Positions 1 through 19,950 of a stretch of 64,000 nt of DNA are shown here, in pieces. The notes below the pieces were generated by a model. That model was not told the origin of the DNA and did not search any database. It worked only from the letters and a program-made list of their open reading frames with translations. The DNA comes from the human T2T-CHM13v2.0 reference genome, Homo sapiens: NCBI RefSeq assembly GCF_009914755.1, contig NC_060947.1; one strand, 5' to 3'. Numbering within the stretch: position 1 is the first letter of the stretch; each line of letters begins with the position of its first letter. Both the position numbers and the translations under genes were made by a program.

Positions 1-84
1 CGTTTTTCAGGTTAACTCTGGAATGCCCTTGCCAAAAAGGCATTCAGAAAGTTGGGAGACTTAGAATTTTACTTTTGGTTTACA
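1..84 (-). mobile_element. 5' end of MER4-family LTR (ERV1), truncated by window edge
   Basis: Reverse complement of 60-84 reads TGTAAACCAAAAGTAAAATTCTAAG, matching the recalled MER4-type LTR start. Confidence 0.6.
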
Positions 85-99
85 TTTATATCCTTGTAT

Positions 100-322
100 T
101 ATAACTTATATAGCAGGATAGACCAAATAAGGCAACTTTATAACTGTAACCAATCAAATATTTTCTTCATATGACTTCTGGATTCACTCTGTAGAAGCTT
201 GTCCCTTATGCTTCCTCAGTGGAGCCCCAAACCACTGGTTTGGAGATGCCCTATTCGTTAATCACTATTTGCTCAAATAAACTCTTTAAAATTTTATTGT
301 CCCTTAGTTTATTCTTTTAACA
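100..322 (+). mobile_element. 3' part of MER34/MER39-like LTR
   Basis: TAACCAATCA box, GCTCAAATAAACTCTTTAAAATTTTATTG poly(A)-signal region and terminal ...TTTTAACA. Confidence 0.5.
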
Positions 323-939
323 GTGTTAAAGACTTACTTTAATTTTAATTCATTATTTATTATGTCAGGGCATCTATGCCAAATATAGAATATTTTAGGG
401 CAATGGGTATTGTGACTATAGGAAATATAGACAAGGCTACACTTAAAGTGAGGCATACCCATTTTACCTCAATGTTATATTTAGTTAATTTTTAAGATTA
501 TAGGGGATATAATGTTTCAACTTAATGGGCTCCTCTAGTATAACTATAATTTGAGCCCCAGTATTGGTTAAGTCCATGAAGTTTTGTCAATTGGATGCAT
601 TTTAGCAAATGCTAAGTTAGAATTTATGTTGTACAAGCACAAAAGTCAACCAATGCCCTTTTTATCTTTTGTTATATAAATTCTATAGTATATTAATTTT
701 TAATTTCCAATTATATCAAAGTAGAACTATTTTTGTTTATAGTTTATATATACACAATTTATAATAATATATTTATATTAAAAATGTATATGTATGCATA
801 ATTTATTTAATTTCTTTTCATCTTCTCCCTGGTTTGAGTTTGTTTATAAATTGGAAAGGTCCTAGGGCTAGTATTATTTTTGTTAGACCTGTCATTTGCT
901 CCATACATAAGGTTTAAAGTTCTTTTTACCCACCTTGGG

Positions 940-1140
940 CTTGTAGCCACCTAAAGCCAGTCTTTGTTACCCCCTTTCCTTCCTTCCTTTTTTTTTTTCT
1001 TTCCCTTTCATTCTCAGCCACCTAAAATGGCAGTCTTTTCTTTCTTTCTCTGGCTGATAAAGAACGGGGCGGGTGGGGGGCAGGGGGAGGGTGACACCTC
1101 TAGGCAGTAGCCTTTCTACTGTAAGCAGTAGCCTCCCTCT
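940..1140. promoter_or_regulatory. Putative regulatory patch with GC box, G4-capable tract, YY1-like and GATA motifs
   Basis: AAAATGGC at 1024, TGATAA at 1055, GGGGCGGGTGGGGGGCAGGGGGAGGG at 1066-1091, AGCCACCTAAA twice; motif evidence only. Confidence 0.3.
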
Positions 1141-2278
1141 CTAGGGTGTCTCAATCAACCTCTGAGGTGCTGTGGTCTACATCAAAGAGATCAGTGGCAG
1201 CCTCAGTTTTATCTTTTAAATTCTTGGTTTTGTGACAATTTGATTTTAAGGAGGAGACTCTCAGCATGTCAATAGGCAGCAGTACTTAAGAGTGTCCAAG
1301 CACATTGAACTGGAAGTTTGTAATCTCAAATCAGCTGAGAAACTTGAGGTATTTTAGGGAGAGGAGGAACAAAATATTCCTTCTCCTTTTCCTTTTTTTA
1401 TTGAGCCACTCCTCTCTATGGGTGAGATTCGAGATATCCCATGAAGTCAGGAAGGAAGACTGACAGAAGCAAGGCACACAGCAGAAAAGGAGTTGCCAGC
1501 AGCATTAACCCTTACTGGACACCATGGTGGACTTCCTTTGAAGGTAATGCTCCTCTGTTGTTAGAACTCGGCAGGGACAGGAGAAACATGAATTTGAATG
1601 TGAACATGAGGCAGCTCCCTGTCCAGGTGCCACTTGTCAACATAAGTAATCTTGAGAAGGTCACCCAGCTCTCATTTGCTGACAAATCAGCTAGTACCTA
1701 GCACCTGGTACTCAGTAAGCCTTTGCTAGCTGCAGGGAAATTCACCCTTCCACGTCATTCTCAATCCCAGTGGAATCTTTGTAATATTTTTAGGCAATTG
1801 TTCCAGTCTTTAACTTAATTGGGGAATGTTAGGAGAATCTTTGCCCCCCTCTTACCGAGTCAGGGCTAGCTGGAAGTGGAGTCCATGGGCATTCTAGGAG
1901 GATGCAATCCACAATTTAGGGCAGTAAGCCTTGGCAGTCCCTAAAAGAGGCAACAAAAAGTGGCATAGAGCGGTACACAGAAATGTTAACATAACGCTGG
2001 AGACTTCTCAGATGGTAGAGCCCAACTGAGACTGCCTATTAGTAAGCCAACTAGCTAAGAGGCACCTCCTAAGTCTCCTCTTGCCCATAACTAGACCGTC
2101 CTGTTTGTGACACCAATTGTTTTGTAATTCTTTTATGAGATGTTCAGCCAGGTGTAGCCACAAAGGAAGGCAGAGGAGAGGCTCAGGAAAAAAAATAAAC
2201 AACAACAACAAAAAACAGTTTATTATGGGTCATAGAGACAGGAGGCACATTGTGGTTCTGATTTGTCAATGCTGCTAG

Positions 2279-2320
2279 AATTTCTACTAATATAATATAA
2301 TTTCTACTAATATAATATAA
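2279..2320. repeat. 20-bp tandem duplication
   Basis: AATTTCTACTAATATAATAT x2.1, exact. Confidence 0.9.
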
Positions 2321-2499
2321 TGTATGCAAGTTCTGTGAATCATATTGGTGCTCACTCTATTACACAAAAGGCACACCTGCAAATCTTGTTCAGGTAAGCC
2401 ATTCACACCCGGGGCTTCTGCTAAGACTAATTAGGTGCAACAACCTTCATCTTCTTTGAAAGGCCACTATTTTACTGAAAGTTTCTTTGAGATACTTCC

Positions 2500-3090
2500 T
2501 CAGATCTTCCTGAGGTCTTAACAAAGGATTTTATACTTACAGCATTGACTTAATCTTTAGACTATGTTTTCCAAATGGCTTCTGAATTTGATCTTTATCT
2601 GGAAGCAGTTTCTTAATTTTAACATTCTCTGCCATTTAGAGAGGCTGGAAATTTTTAAGACTAGGAAGTTTGTCTCTTCTTTATTGACTAGTTTATTTAC
2701 CTTAACTCTCTCTCCTACACATAGCAAGAAGAAACCATGTAGCACTTGCAAGGCTCTAGAAATCTCGTTAGTTTTATCACCCATTTCCTTAGGTACATTT
2801 TCTACTCGCCACATTATTGCACTACATGACAAAGTATTCCTTTCCTTCAGTTTCCAGTAACGTTTTCCTCACTCCCCTTTAAGCTTTCATAGGCAACCTC
2901 CACATTAACCATCAGATTTCTGATCATGGTCTCTTCCAGGCATTTCTGATGTTCATTAATACTCATCTCAAACTTCTAGTTTCTTCCCTCTGCCCAGTGC
3001 AGAGCCGTTCTGACATTTGAGGTTTTTGTTGCCACAGTATCCTGCTCTTAGCATCAAAACGTGTTCTAGTTGTCTATTGCTATATAATAC
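2500..3090. mobile_element. Old MaLR (MLT1-like) internal fragment and LTR edge
   Basis: ...CCTGCTCTTAGCATCAAAAC|GTGTTCTAGTTGTCTATTGCT resembles the MLT1 internal/LTR junction; highly diverged. Confidence 0.35.
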
Positions 3091-3119
3091 GTGAGCCTCT
3101 TCTTGACTGGGTCTGTGCT

Positions 3120-3450
3120 TCTGAACTCATTTATTATTTCTAATATATATATATTTTTTTAGTAAATTCCTTAGGATTTTCTATATACAAGATGAGGTCA
3201 TCTGCTAACAAAAATACTTTTATTTTTTTCTTTCTAATTTCAGTGTCTTTCGTTTGTACCCCTTTTATCATTATGTGAAAGATTCTTTTATCATTATAAA
3301 AAATCCAGCATTATCTATAGTAACTTTTTTGTTCTAAAGTCTATTTTGTCTGATATTAACATATCCACTTAATCTTCTTTCTGTTGCTTTTTCTATCCTA
3401 TTACTTTAAATCTACTGTATATTTATCTTTGTATCTAAAGTGTGTCTAAA
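3120..3450 (-). mobile_element. Ancient L1M fragments
   Basis: AATTCCTTAGGATTTTCTATATACAAGATGAGGTCATCTGC and AAAGTCTATTTTGTCTGATATTAA are antisense old-L1 ORF2 signatures. Confidence 0.55.
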
Positions 3451-3789
3451 TCTGCAGCAGCTGCTCTGTGAATAAATCAAAAGATAAAACATGCTTGGAT
3501 TGAGACAAATGACTACATTTTTAAGGTACAATCCCAGAATAAAATGCTTGCTTTTTCAGCAATTTACACCATATGAAATGGGCTCTTTAAACAGACAGCC
3601 TGGACGCATAGGTCTACAGTAGCCAGAACATGAATACAATGTCTCTACCTGCCTTCTACATGGGGATCAACAACTATATTAAGGAAATTCAAACAGTATC
3701 AGTTATGAAGATACTCAGAAACCTATGTTTTAAGAAACGATTGTCGTTGAAGAGACATTTCCGTAAATAGAATATATGGGGAAAGTAGA

Positions 3790-4110
3790 GAAAACAATCC
3801 CTTTACAGTAGCATCAAAAAGAACAAAATACTTAGGAATAAATTTAGCCAAGGAGGTAAAAGCCATGTATACTAAAAACTACAAAATACTTATGTAAGAA
3901 ATTAAAGAAAACACAAATAATGGAAATATATCTCATGTTCATTGATTGCAAGACTTGATATTATTAAGATTTTAATACTACCCCAAACAATCTACACATT
4001 CAATGCAATCCTATCAAAATTCTATGCAGTTTTTAGAGAAATAGAAAAAAGGAATTCTAAAATTCATATTGAACCTCAAAGGGCCCTAAATAGCCAAAAC
4101 AATCTTTGAA
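3790..4110 (+). mobile_element. L1M ORF2 fragment abutting the TG array
   Basis: AAAATACTTAGGAATAAATTTAGCCAAGGAGG ... TTCAATGCAATCCTATCAAAAT ... AAATAGCCAAAACAATCTT. Confidence 0.75.
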
Positions 4111-5389
4111 TGAGTGAATATTTGAGCATGCTCTGTGAGTGAGAGTGTGAGTGACTGTGTATTTAAGCGTATGCCTGAATTTGTGGCCATATGCATAGAT
4201 GTTAGCATCTTTGTGTGAGAGAATGAAAGTATTGGGTTCACTGCTGCGAGCTCCTTAATACGTGAGTATGTTCTTGTGGGTGAAATGTGAGCAGGTGAGT
4301 GTAAGTGCATGTGAGAATATTTTCTTCTGTGAAGGTTTGAGTTTTATGGTGGATGTGAGCATATTTGTGTGTGAGTTTAAATGCGAGCATGTTTCTAGTT
4401 TGAGAATGTTACTGTGCATGTGTGATTGTGGACCTCTGAGTGTATATATTTGTGTGCTTGTACAAGTGTATTTGTGGTTATAGTCATATGATTGAGTGAA
4501 TTTTTCAGCATGTTTATGTGAAGGATTGAATGTGTCAGTGTGCATGTCAATGTATATGTACCTTTGAATGTGAGTGAATTTGAGGGCATGTTTGAGTGAG
4601 TGAATGTTTGTGTTTTATGAGTAAATATTTTAGTGAGTATACGACTGTGAGCATGCCTGTATGCGACAGTGGGTGTGTGAGCCTGTTCATAGATGAGAGT
4701 GTTTTCTTGCGTGTAAATTTGCATGCTGAAAGTGAAAATTTAAGTGTGTTCATCTTTATGAGTGAATTTGTAAGCATGCGATTTTTTGCATATTGGTGTG
4801 TATTGAGCAGATAAAAGTTTCTTGATGTAATCTTGATGTGTGATTACGTTTGAATAAGGTAATTTGTGAGTGTGTGTAAGTAATGTAATTTTTCATATGT
4901 AATTGAGTGAATTTGTGATTTTCTTTGTGACTGTGAGCATACTCATGTATAGATGAATATGTGAGCATGTTACAGTTTCTGACAATGATAATTTGCATGA
5001 GTAAGTAATTGTTTGTGTGCACATAAATGCAATGAGCATGTGTGGTGTGTGAGTGAATCTGTAATCATGCTCATGTGTGTCTGTGAATGTGTGATTAAGC
5101 ATATGTGAGTGAATGACATGAGAGTAATTTGTGTGAATGTGTGAGCATCCAAGTGTGAATGCATATAACGTTATGTATGAGTATGAGTAAATTTGTCTGT
5201 ATGGGCAGATGAGTGAGCAAATAGTAAGCAGGTTAATGAATGACTGCATGTTTAAACATGTGAAAATTTATATTGATGACAATGAGTATGTGAACTTGTA
5301 TATATGAGTTGTTAGTATAACAATATTTGAGTGTTTATGTAAATTTTTATGTGTGTTAAATGTATGCTTGAATTTCAGACCGTATGCAT

Positions 5390-7631
5390 TTTCAAGGTCT
5401 CTTTTTGCTCAAATTTTAGATTCCTCTGGCCCCTCTTCTCCAGTGAGCTTCATGCATGGCCCCATCCTTGGTCTGCTGAGCCATATTTTAGCAAGAATCA
5501 TGCTAAGAAAGTTTAGCCAGAATTCCCCCAACCTTGACACCTAATCAAGTTCCTCTTCCCCAAACCCTTGATAACTAAGTTCCTTTTAGAAATTCTCTAT
5601 CCACTGACTCCCTCACCCTGTGTACTGGCTAGAAATCCTCAGCTGTTCCTGTTGGATTCGGAGTTGCATTTCATATCTTTCCCTTTTGCAATAGCCTTGA
5701 ATAAAGTCTTCCTTACTGATTCAACTTCATCCAGTGCTATCTTTCTCAAATTTTATGAGTCATGACACAGTTCCAGGGGCATGACTTGGATAGAATAGGA
5801 TTCATTCCTGGATCACCAGACGTTTCACCCAGGTAAGGTCTTGGGTTTTCTCCAGGGTACACACCTTTGAAGCGTTTTTCTTCACTTCTGACTTATTCAT
5901 CCAAGATTCGTTAGTAAGTCTGACTTCTGATCCAGTGCTCTGAATGATAGTTTGTTGATGCATGGTAATGACAGATTTTGATTTTTAGGATTCTGAGTAT
6001 AGTTCTGAGTCTGGGTTAGAGTGCCAGCCTTCTTTATTTGAAAGGTACCATTGTTTTAGAAAATGGGAACTTCTGATTGAGTCTTATTTGGTTGAACCTT
6101 GGTTCTCTGATATATAGATTACCCTTCATTTGTAGAGATCTCATTTGTAGAGATCCTGTTTGGATCCTGTTTTCATTGTAAAGATCTCATTCAGATTTTC
6201 TGTCTCTGTTGCCATAACTTTAGTGCCTTCATTTTGCATGGAAAAATCTCATTCTTCTGATTCTCCTCCTTTGAAGACTCTAGCTGACTGTATGCTTCAA
6301 TACTATGACACTAATTTGGCCTAATGGCTTCAAATGGGGCAAAGACAAGAGCCAAATTTTTAATATAAATCAGTGAGTTTCATATCACTGTGTTTATCCC
6401 TGACTTGTAGCTAAAATTTTGAAATGAAAGATATGAGATCTCTGTTTGCATCTGTCTGTATGTTCATGTATGCATGTATATGTTTATATATGTGTGATAT
6501 TTTCCTATTTTCCTACTTCTGGATGACATTACCAAATTAACTTATATAATCCTGTAAAGGAACTCTACTCTAATTGTCTTAGAGATAAGTAAATGGGTAT
6601 ATAAATTAAATATTACTGAAATTCCCCCAAAATAAAAAAGTGAAATGCTAATACTTCCAACATGGAAAAAAAGGTATTCTTATAACAACTAACTCAAATA
6701 TTTTAAAAATGCAAGCTTACATAATTTGTGTAAAACTGTGGCAAATAAAACTTATTGAATATTGTTGGTTTAATCAAATAGCTATGTCTTCTGAGTTATA
6801 AGCATTAAGTATGATATTAGCATACATTTTTATTCTATTTGATCTTACTAGTCAATACGCTAATATTACATCTACTAGAGTCTATACCATCATCAAAACA
6901 TTCAATCTGAAAAACAGGAAATCCATCAAATTGCCAGTACAGACTCCACCATCTAAACAGTTTCAAGCCCAACATCTAGAAGTTTTCTTGACTGGCTGTC
7001 TTGTGGACTCAGAAGCTGGATTTATAATCCATTCCAGCATTAATCTTTCTTTTTCTTTTCAGAGAAATCGTCCTCATTAAACGCCTGATTGCTTGCACTA
7101 TCCAGAAAATACTGCCCTACTACCAAGTCTCAACAGATTGCTCAGCTGATCTTTAATGAACAAAGATGACCAAGTGAGAAATGGACTTATATTGTTCAGA
7201 GGAAAGAATAATATCTCTTCTTGAATAAGAGGAGGGACTAACAAGAACTCCCTCCTTGACTAAACTTAAAGGTATTTTGAGCCCTCTTCTCAACTAAGCC
7301 TCACACTTGGTGTCATCCTAGGCCTGCCAAACCCAGTTTTAGCAAAAGTCTTGCTAAGCCTGCTAAGCAAGAATCACCTGACACTTGATATTTAATCAAG
7401 TTTTTTATCCTCTCCCTCCTTGATACATAACCAAGGTTCTCTTGGTAATTTTCCATTCATTAACTCCTTGATTCTGCCCACTGGCTATAAATCCTTAGTT
7501 GTATCTGCTTTGTATGAAGTTGAGTCTAATCTCTCTCCCTTATTACAATAGCTTCTGTCCCTTATTATGATAGTCTTGAGTAATGCCTTCCTTGCTTGTT
7601 TAATTCCATCTGCTGCAATTTTTCATTGACA
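5390..7631 (+). mobile_element. Internally deleted MER31-like provirus: 5' LTR ~5390-5750, internal remnant, 3' LTR 7239-7631
   Basis: Two diverged LTRs sharing CCCTCTTCTC...TTTTAGCAA..TGCTAAG; polypurine tract AAGAGGAGGGAC just before the 3' LTR; ends ...TGACA; array resumes in register. Confidence 0.7.
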
Positions 7632-8360
7632 ATATGAACATTAGTATGTTCATTTGAGTGAGGGAATGTGTCCAGGTTTGTTTCTATGAGCTAGTTAACA
7701 TGTAAGTGTATTTGTATCAGATAATGTGAAAGTGTGAGTGTAAGTACATATGAGTGTATTTTCTTCAGTGAGTAAATGTTTGAAATACATGGTGCCTGTG
7801 CGCATGTGTGGCTGTGTGCATGTTTATATACAAGTGTTTTGTGTGTAAGTGAATTTTTAAAATCATATTCATGTGTGTGAGTGAATGTGTGATAATGCTC
7901 ATTTGAGTGAGCTGTGGGCACGTTTGTATGAGTGAGTGTTTGAGTGTGTGGGTTTGAATATATGTGAATATGTCTATGTGTGTGAGTAATCTTTCAATAT
8001 GTTTATAAGAGTGAGTAAATTATAATCCTGTTCATATGAGTCAATGTGTGTCCATGTGCACATATGTAAGCATGTATATTTGTGGCAGTGACTATGTGAA
8101 CCTGTAGGTGTCTTAGAATGTATTAATGGAAAAATATTTGAGTGCTGAGGTAAACATCTGAGTTCATGTGTATGTATTTGTGAGCATATGCATGGAGTAT
8201 AACTTGTTGGTGTGAGTGTATGAATGTGTACCATGTTCATTTTATGAGCATATTAATGTGTGAGTATACTGTGTAGGTGACATGTGGGCATGTAATTGTG
8301 AGTGCTTGTAACTGTGAGTGCATGTGAGTGTATTAATGAATGTTTGAGCTTCATGGTAAG

Positions 8361-8782
8361 TGCTATGGTTTGTATGTCTGTCCCCTCCAAATCTCATGTT
8401 GAAATGTGATCTCCAACGTTGGAGGTGGGGCCTAGTGGAAGATGTCTGGGTCATGGGGGTGGATGCTTCATGAATAGCTTGGCACCCTCCCTGTGGTAGT
8501 AAGTGAGTTCTCGCTCTATTAGTTCACATGAGATCTGGTTGTTAAGAAGAATCTGGCACCTCCCTCCCTTCTCTCTCTTGCTTCCTCTCTTACCATGTAA
8601 CACACCTGCTCCTCCTTTGCTTTCTGCTATAATTTAAAGCTTCCTGAGGCTCTGACCAGAAGCAGATGCTGGTGCCGTGCTTCCTGTACAGTCTGCAAAA
8701 CCATGAGCCAAATAAACCTATCTTCTTAATAAATTACTTGGCCTCAGGTATTCCTTTATGGTAACACAAAATATACTAAGAA
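8361..8782 (+). mobile_element. MSTB-like solo LTR (MaLR)
   Basis: TGCTATGGTTTG...CCCCTCCAAATCTCATGTTGAAATG start; AGCCAAATAAACC; CTCAGGTATTCCTTTAT near end. Confidence 0.85.
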
Positions 8783-11195
8783 AGAGAGTATGACCAAGTT
8801 TGTGTATAAGTTTTTCTCTAAGATGTTCCTGATTATAAGCATGTTAATGCCTGTGATAAGTGATTAGGCCTGTTGGTGCATATGAGTATATATATTTATG
8901 TTCCCCTGTGCATGAATTTGTCAGCATGCTCATGTGATTGAATGCATGAGCATGTTTCTGTGAAGGATGAATGTGTCAGTGTATGTATGTGCATATCAGA
9001 TTGTGTGTTTGTATGTGAGTGAATTAATGAGCATGTTCTTGTGAGTCAATATTTGAGAGTGTTTTTAGTAAGTGAATGTGTCACCATGTGTGTATAAAAG
9101 AACGTGTGTGACAGTTTATGTGAGTCTGTTCATGGATGAGAGTGTTACAATGTGTGTAAATGTGTTTACAGGGGATATTTTTTATGCACTTATCTGTATG
9201 AGTCTGTGAGCATCTGCATGTATGTTAGGATGTTTGTCTGTAGTGTGTATTTTTTGTGTGCTCTTGTTAATGTGTGAGTATATTTGAGTAAGGTAATCTT
9301 TGAGTGTGTGAATGTGAGTGAATGTTAATGTTTTATGTGTGGAGATACATGGGTAAATGTATGAGTTTTTTGGTGAGTGAGAGCATGTTCACATGCAAGT
9401 GAATACGTATGTTATTATTTGTAACAATGATAACTTGTATGGGTGCATGAATGTGTGAATGCACATGTATAATTGTAATGAGTGTGTCTGATATGTTAGT
9501 TAATTTGTTGTCATGATATTATGTGTGAGTGAACAGATGGGTGACGACGCTCATATGAATGAATGAGATGTGAGCATATTTGTGTGAATGACTGAATGTG
9601 TGAGTGTGAGGATGCAAATGTATGTATGTCTACATGAATTAGTAAATTTGTCAATATGCGTGCTATTGGAGAGCAAATTGTAAGCATGTTAATGTGAGTG
9701 AGTGAATGAGCATGTGCATATATGTGAGCATGTGCATTCATGAGAGTGAATAAGTGAACTGTACATATGACAGTGTAGTTGTGTGAAAATATTTGAATGC
9801 TGAAGTTAATATGTGTGTTCTTTTGTATGTATGAACTAGTGAGCATGTGCCTGGACAAATAGTATATTCATGTGAGTAAGTCAATGTAAATTGTGTTTAT
9901 TTGTTTGAGCTTGTTAATATGTGAGTATATTATTTGAGCAAATGGGGAGCATGTGTGTGAATTTATTTGCATCTATGTATGAAGGAATGTTTAAATGTCT
10001 TGGTGAGTATAAGCATCTGTGTGTTTGAGTATATATGTGACCATGCTCCTGTTTGAGATTTTGTTAATGTGTAGGTGAGGGTGAATGGGTTAGTGGAAAC
10101 ATTTGAGTTTTTATACTGGTGTCCCTATGTTAGTGACTTTGTGAGTATGCTCATGTAATTGAGTGAACATTAGAGCTTGTTTGTATGAAAGACTAAATGT
10201 GTCAGGGTGTGCATGTCCATATATCTGTATCTATGTGAATTTGTGAGCATGTTTGAGTGAGAATGGATGTATGCATATGTTTCATTAGTGAGTAAATGTG
10301 TGAGTGTATGTATGTATGTGAGCATGTCTGTGTGTGACAATGTATGTGTGGAACTGTGGATACGTGATTGTGTTTTGCTCTGTAAATATGTGTGTTTAAA
10401 GTGAGTAACTGCATAGTCATCTGTATGAGGGCTTTTGTAAGTATGTGCATGTGTGACAGATGTTCACATGTAATGAGTAATGAGCAAATGTGTCTTGTTA
10501 ATGTATGAATATACTTGAGTAAGGTTATGCATGAGCATATGAGTAAGTGAAGGTGTTTTTATGTGTTGAATAAATCTGTGATCAACTTGGACAGTTTAAG
10601 CAAGTTTGTGTGCAAGTGAATGTACAGTACATTGCATGGCTAGTGAATTTGTGGTTCTGTACATATAAATGTAATGAGTGAGACTGCTGTGTCAGCAAAT
10701 TTGTGATCATATTCATGCATGTGCATGCACGGTAATGCTCATGTGAAAGCATGCAGGGCAGGACAATGATAATCTGCATGTGTAAGTTAATGTGTAATTG
10801 TATGTATATAAATCTAATGAGTGTGTTTGGTGTGTGAGTGAAATTCATATCAAATACATGTGAGTAAATACAGGAGAATATTTGCATCACTGAGTGAATG
10901 TGTAAGTGTGTGGTGAGAATATATGTGTGTATATCTAAGTATGGGAGTGCTTTGGTCAGTATGTATCTTCAGTGAGTGAATTATAAATGTGTGCATATAT
11001 GTGAGCATGTCATTCATGACATTGAATACGCAAACCTCTACATCTGAGTCTGTTAGTGTGACAATATTTGAGTGTTGAAGTAAATGTGTTCAATTGTATG
11101 CCTAAAATTTGTGAGCATATGCATGAGTGTTCATATGTTTGTGTGAGGCAGTGAATGTGTACTGGGTTCACTTGTATAAGCTTGTGATAATTCTT

Positions 11196-18126
<6,931 letters not shown>

Positions 18127-19486
18127 AGCTTGGGAATTCTTGTGTGAGGGTAAGGTAACCATATGAGTTAAAGTTCATGTGAGTATATCTGTGTGTGAAT
18201 GCATGTTTCAGCTTTGTGGTGGATATGGGCATGTCCATGTGCAAGTGTATATGTGGACATGTTCCTTATTCTAAGAAGGTTAATGTGCATGTATAGATGA
18301 AAAGGTATGGGGGAGCACCTGAGGATATATATTTGAGTCTCTATATGAATAAATTTTGTAAGCATGTTTATGTGATTGAGAAATCATTTAAGCATATCTG
18401 TGTGAAAGAGTATGTCAATGTTTTGTGAGTATATTTAACTGTACGTAGGTATGTGAGTGAAATTTTTGAAATTCATATTTGTGTGATTCAATGAGTGAGC
18501 TTTTTTGGTGAGTGAGTGAATGAGTGAATACATGAGATTTTGTATGTATGTGAGCATAAATATGTATGACAGTATATGTGTGGGACTATTCATGGGTGAA
18601 AGTGTTTGTATGTGAATTCATATTTCATTAAATATTTGTCTGTGCTCATCTGTATGACTAAATTTGCAAGCATGTGAATATTTGCATGTTTGTGAGTAGT
18701 GAGTGTGTAAGTGGTCTTTGGTGTGATCTTGTTACATATATGTGTTTATGTTGATATAGACAGTTATGTAAAGGAATGTGTGAGGACATGTGTGTCAGTA
18801 AATGTAAGTGTTTTACATGTTTTGAGTGAATTTGTGAGCTTCTTGGTGAGTGTGACAATGTTCATGTGCCAGTGAACATAGGAGCAAGTTCCTCTATGTC
18901 AATGACATTTTGCAAGTGTAAGTGAATGTGTGATTATGTGTATATAAATCTAATGAGTGGTTCTGGTGTGTGTCATTTTCTGATTAAGCATATATGTCAG
19001 TGAATGTGTGATAATGCTCATGTGAATGAGTGAGATGTGAATATGTTTGTGTCAGTGAATGTGTGAGCATGTGAATATATGTGAGTAGGCATATCTGACA
19101 GTGAATATATGAACTTATACATGTGAGAGGTGAGTGTGATATTTGAGTGTTGAAATTAATGTTTTTGTGTGTTCAAATAATATGCTTGAATTTGTGACCA
19201 AGAGCATGGATGTTAGCATGGTCATGTGAGTGACTGAATGTTTATCAGGTTATTGTTGTGAGCCTATAACCTGTGAGTATACTTGTGTTACCATGTGAGT
19301 ATATTTCTGTGAGTGAAATGTGAGTGTGTGAGGCTATGTGTGTATTTTTTCTGTGAGTGAATGTGTGTCATGTGGCTGTCAGCATGTTTGTGTGTGCCCA
19401 TGTGTGCATGTTCCTGATTATGACAGTGTTAATGTCCATGTGAAAGTGAAAGTGGGAGCATCCAAGTACATCTGTTTGAGTCCCTG

Positions 19487-19950
19487 TGTAAGTGAATTTG
19501 TGCAAATGCTATGTGATTGAATGAGCAGGATTGTATGTAGTTAATTTACTGGTGTGTGCATGTGAGTGTATCTAATGCATCTATGTATTTGAGTATATTT
19601 GTGAGCAGGTTTATATGAGTGAATATGTGATCATGCACACAAAAGTGTGTGAAAGTATGAGCACATTTATGTAAATAAGTTACTGTGTGTGAGCATGAAA
19701 CTGTGAATATGTGTGTCTGTGTAAGTGAAATTGTGCATATGTTATGTGATTAAATGAATGAGCAGGATTGTATGTTAATTTATCGGTGTGTGTGAGTGTA
19801 TCCAATATGTCTATTTATTTGAGTACATTTGTGAGCATGTTTAGGTGAGCAAATGTGTGATCATGCTCACATAAGTGTGTGAAAGTGTGAGCATATTTGT
19901 GTAAATAAGTGACTGTGTGATCATGTAAGTGTGAATGTATGCATGTGTCT
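19487..19950. repeat. ~233-bp tandem duplication inside the TG array
   Basis: GTAAGTGAA.TTGTGCA.ATG.TATGTGATT...GAATGAGCAGGATTGTATGT...AAGTGTGTGAAAGT.TGAGCA at ~19487 and ~19720. Confidence 0.85.

Noticed and set aside
1090-1110. CTCF-like motif GACACCTCTAGGC
   Set aside because: Too many mismatches in the core to call by eye
1441-1701. 86-aa ATG-initiated ORF in unique sequence
   Set aside because: No recognisable domain or splice structure; length compatible with chance
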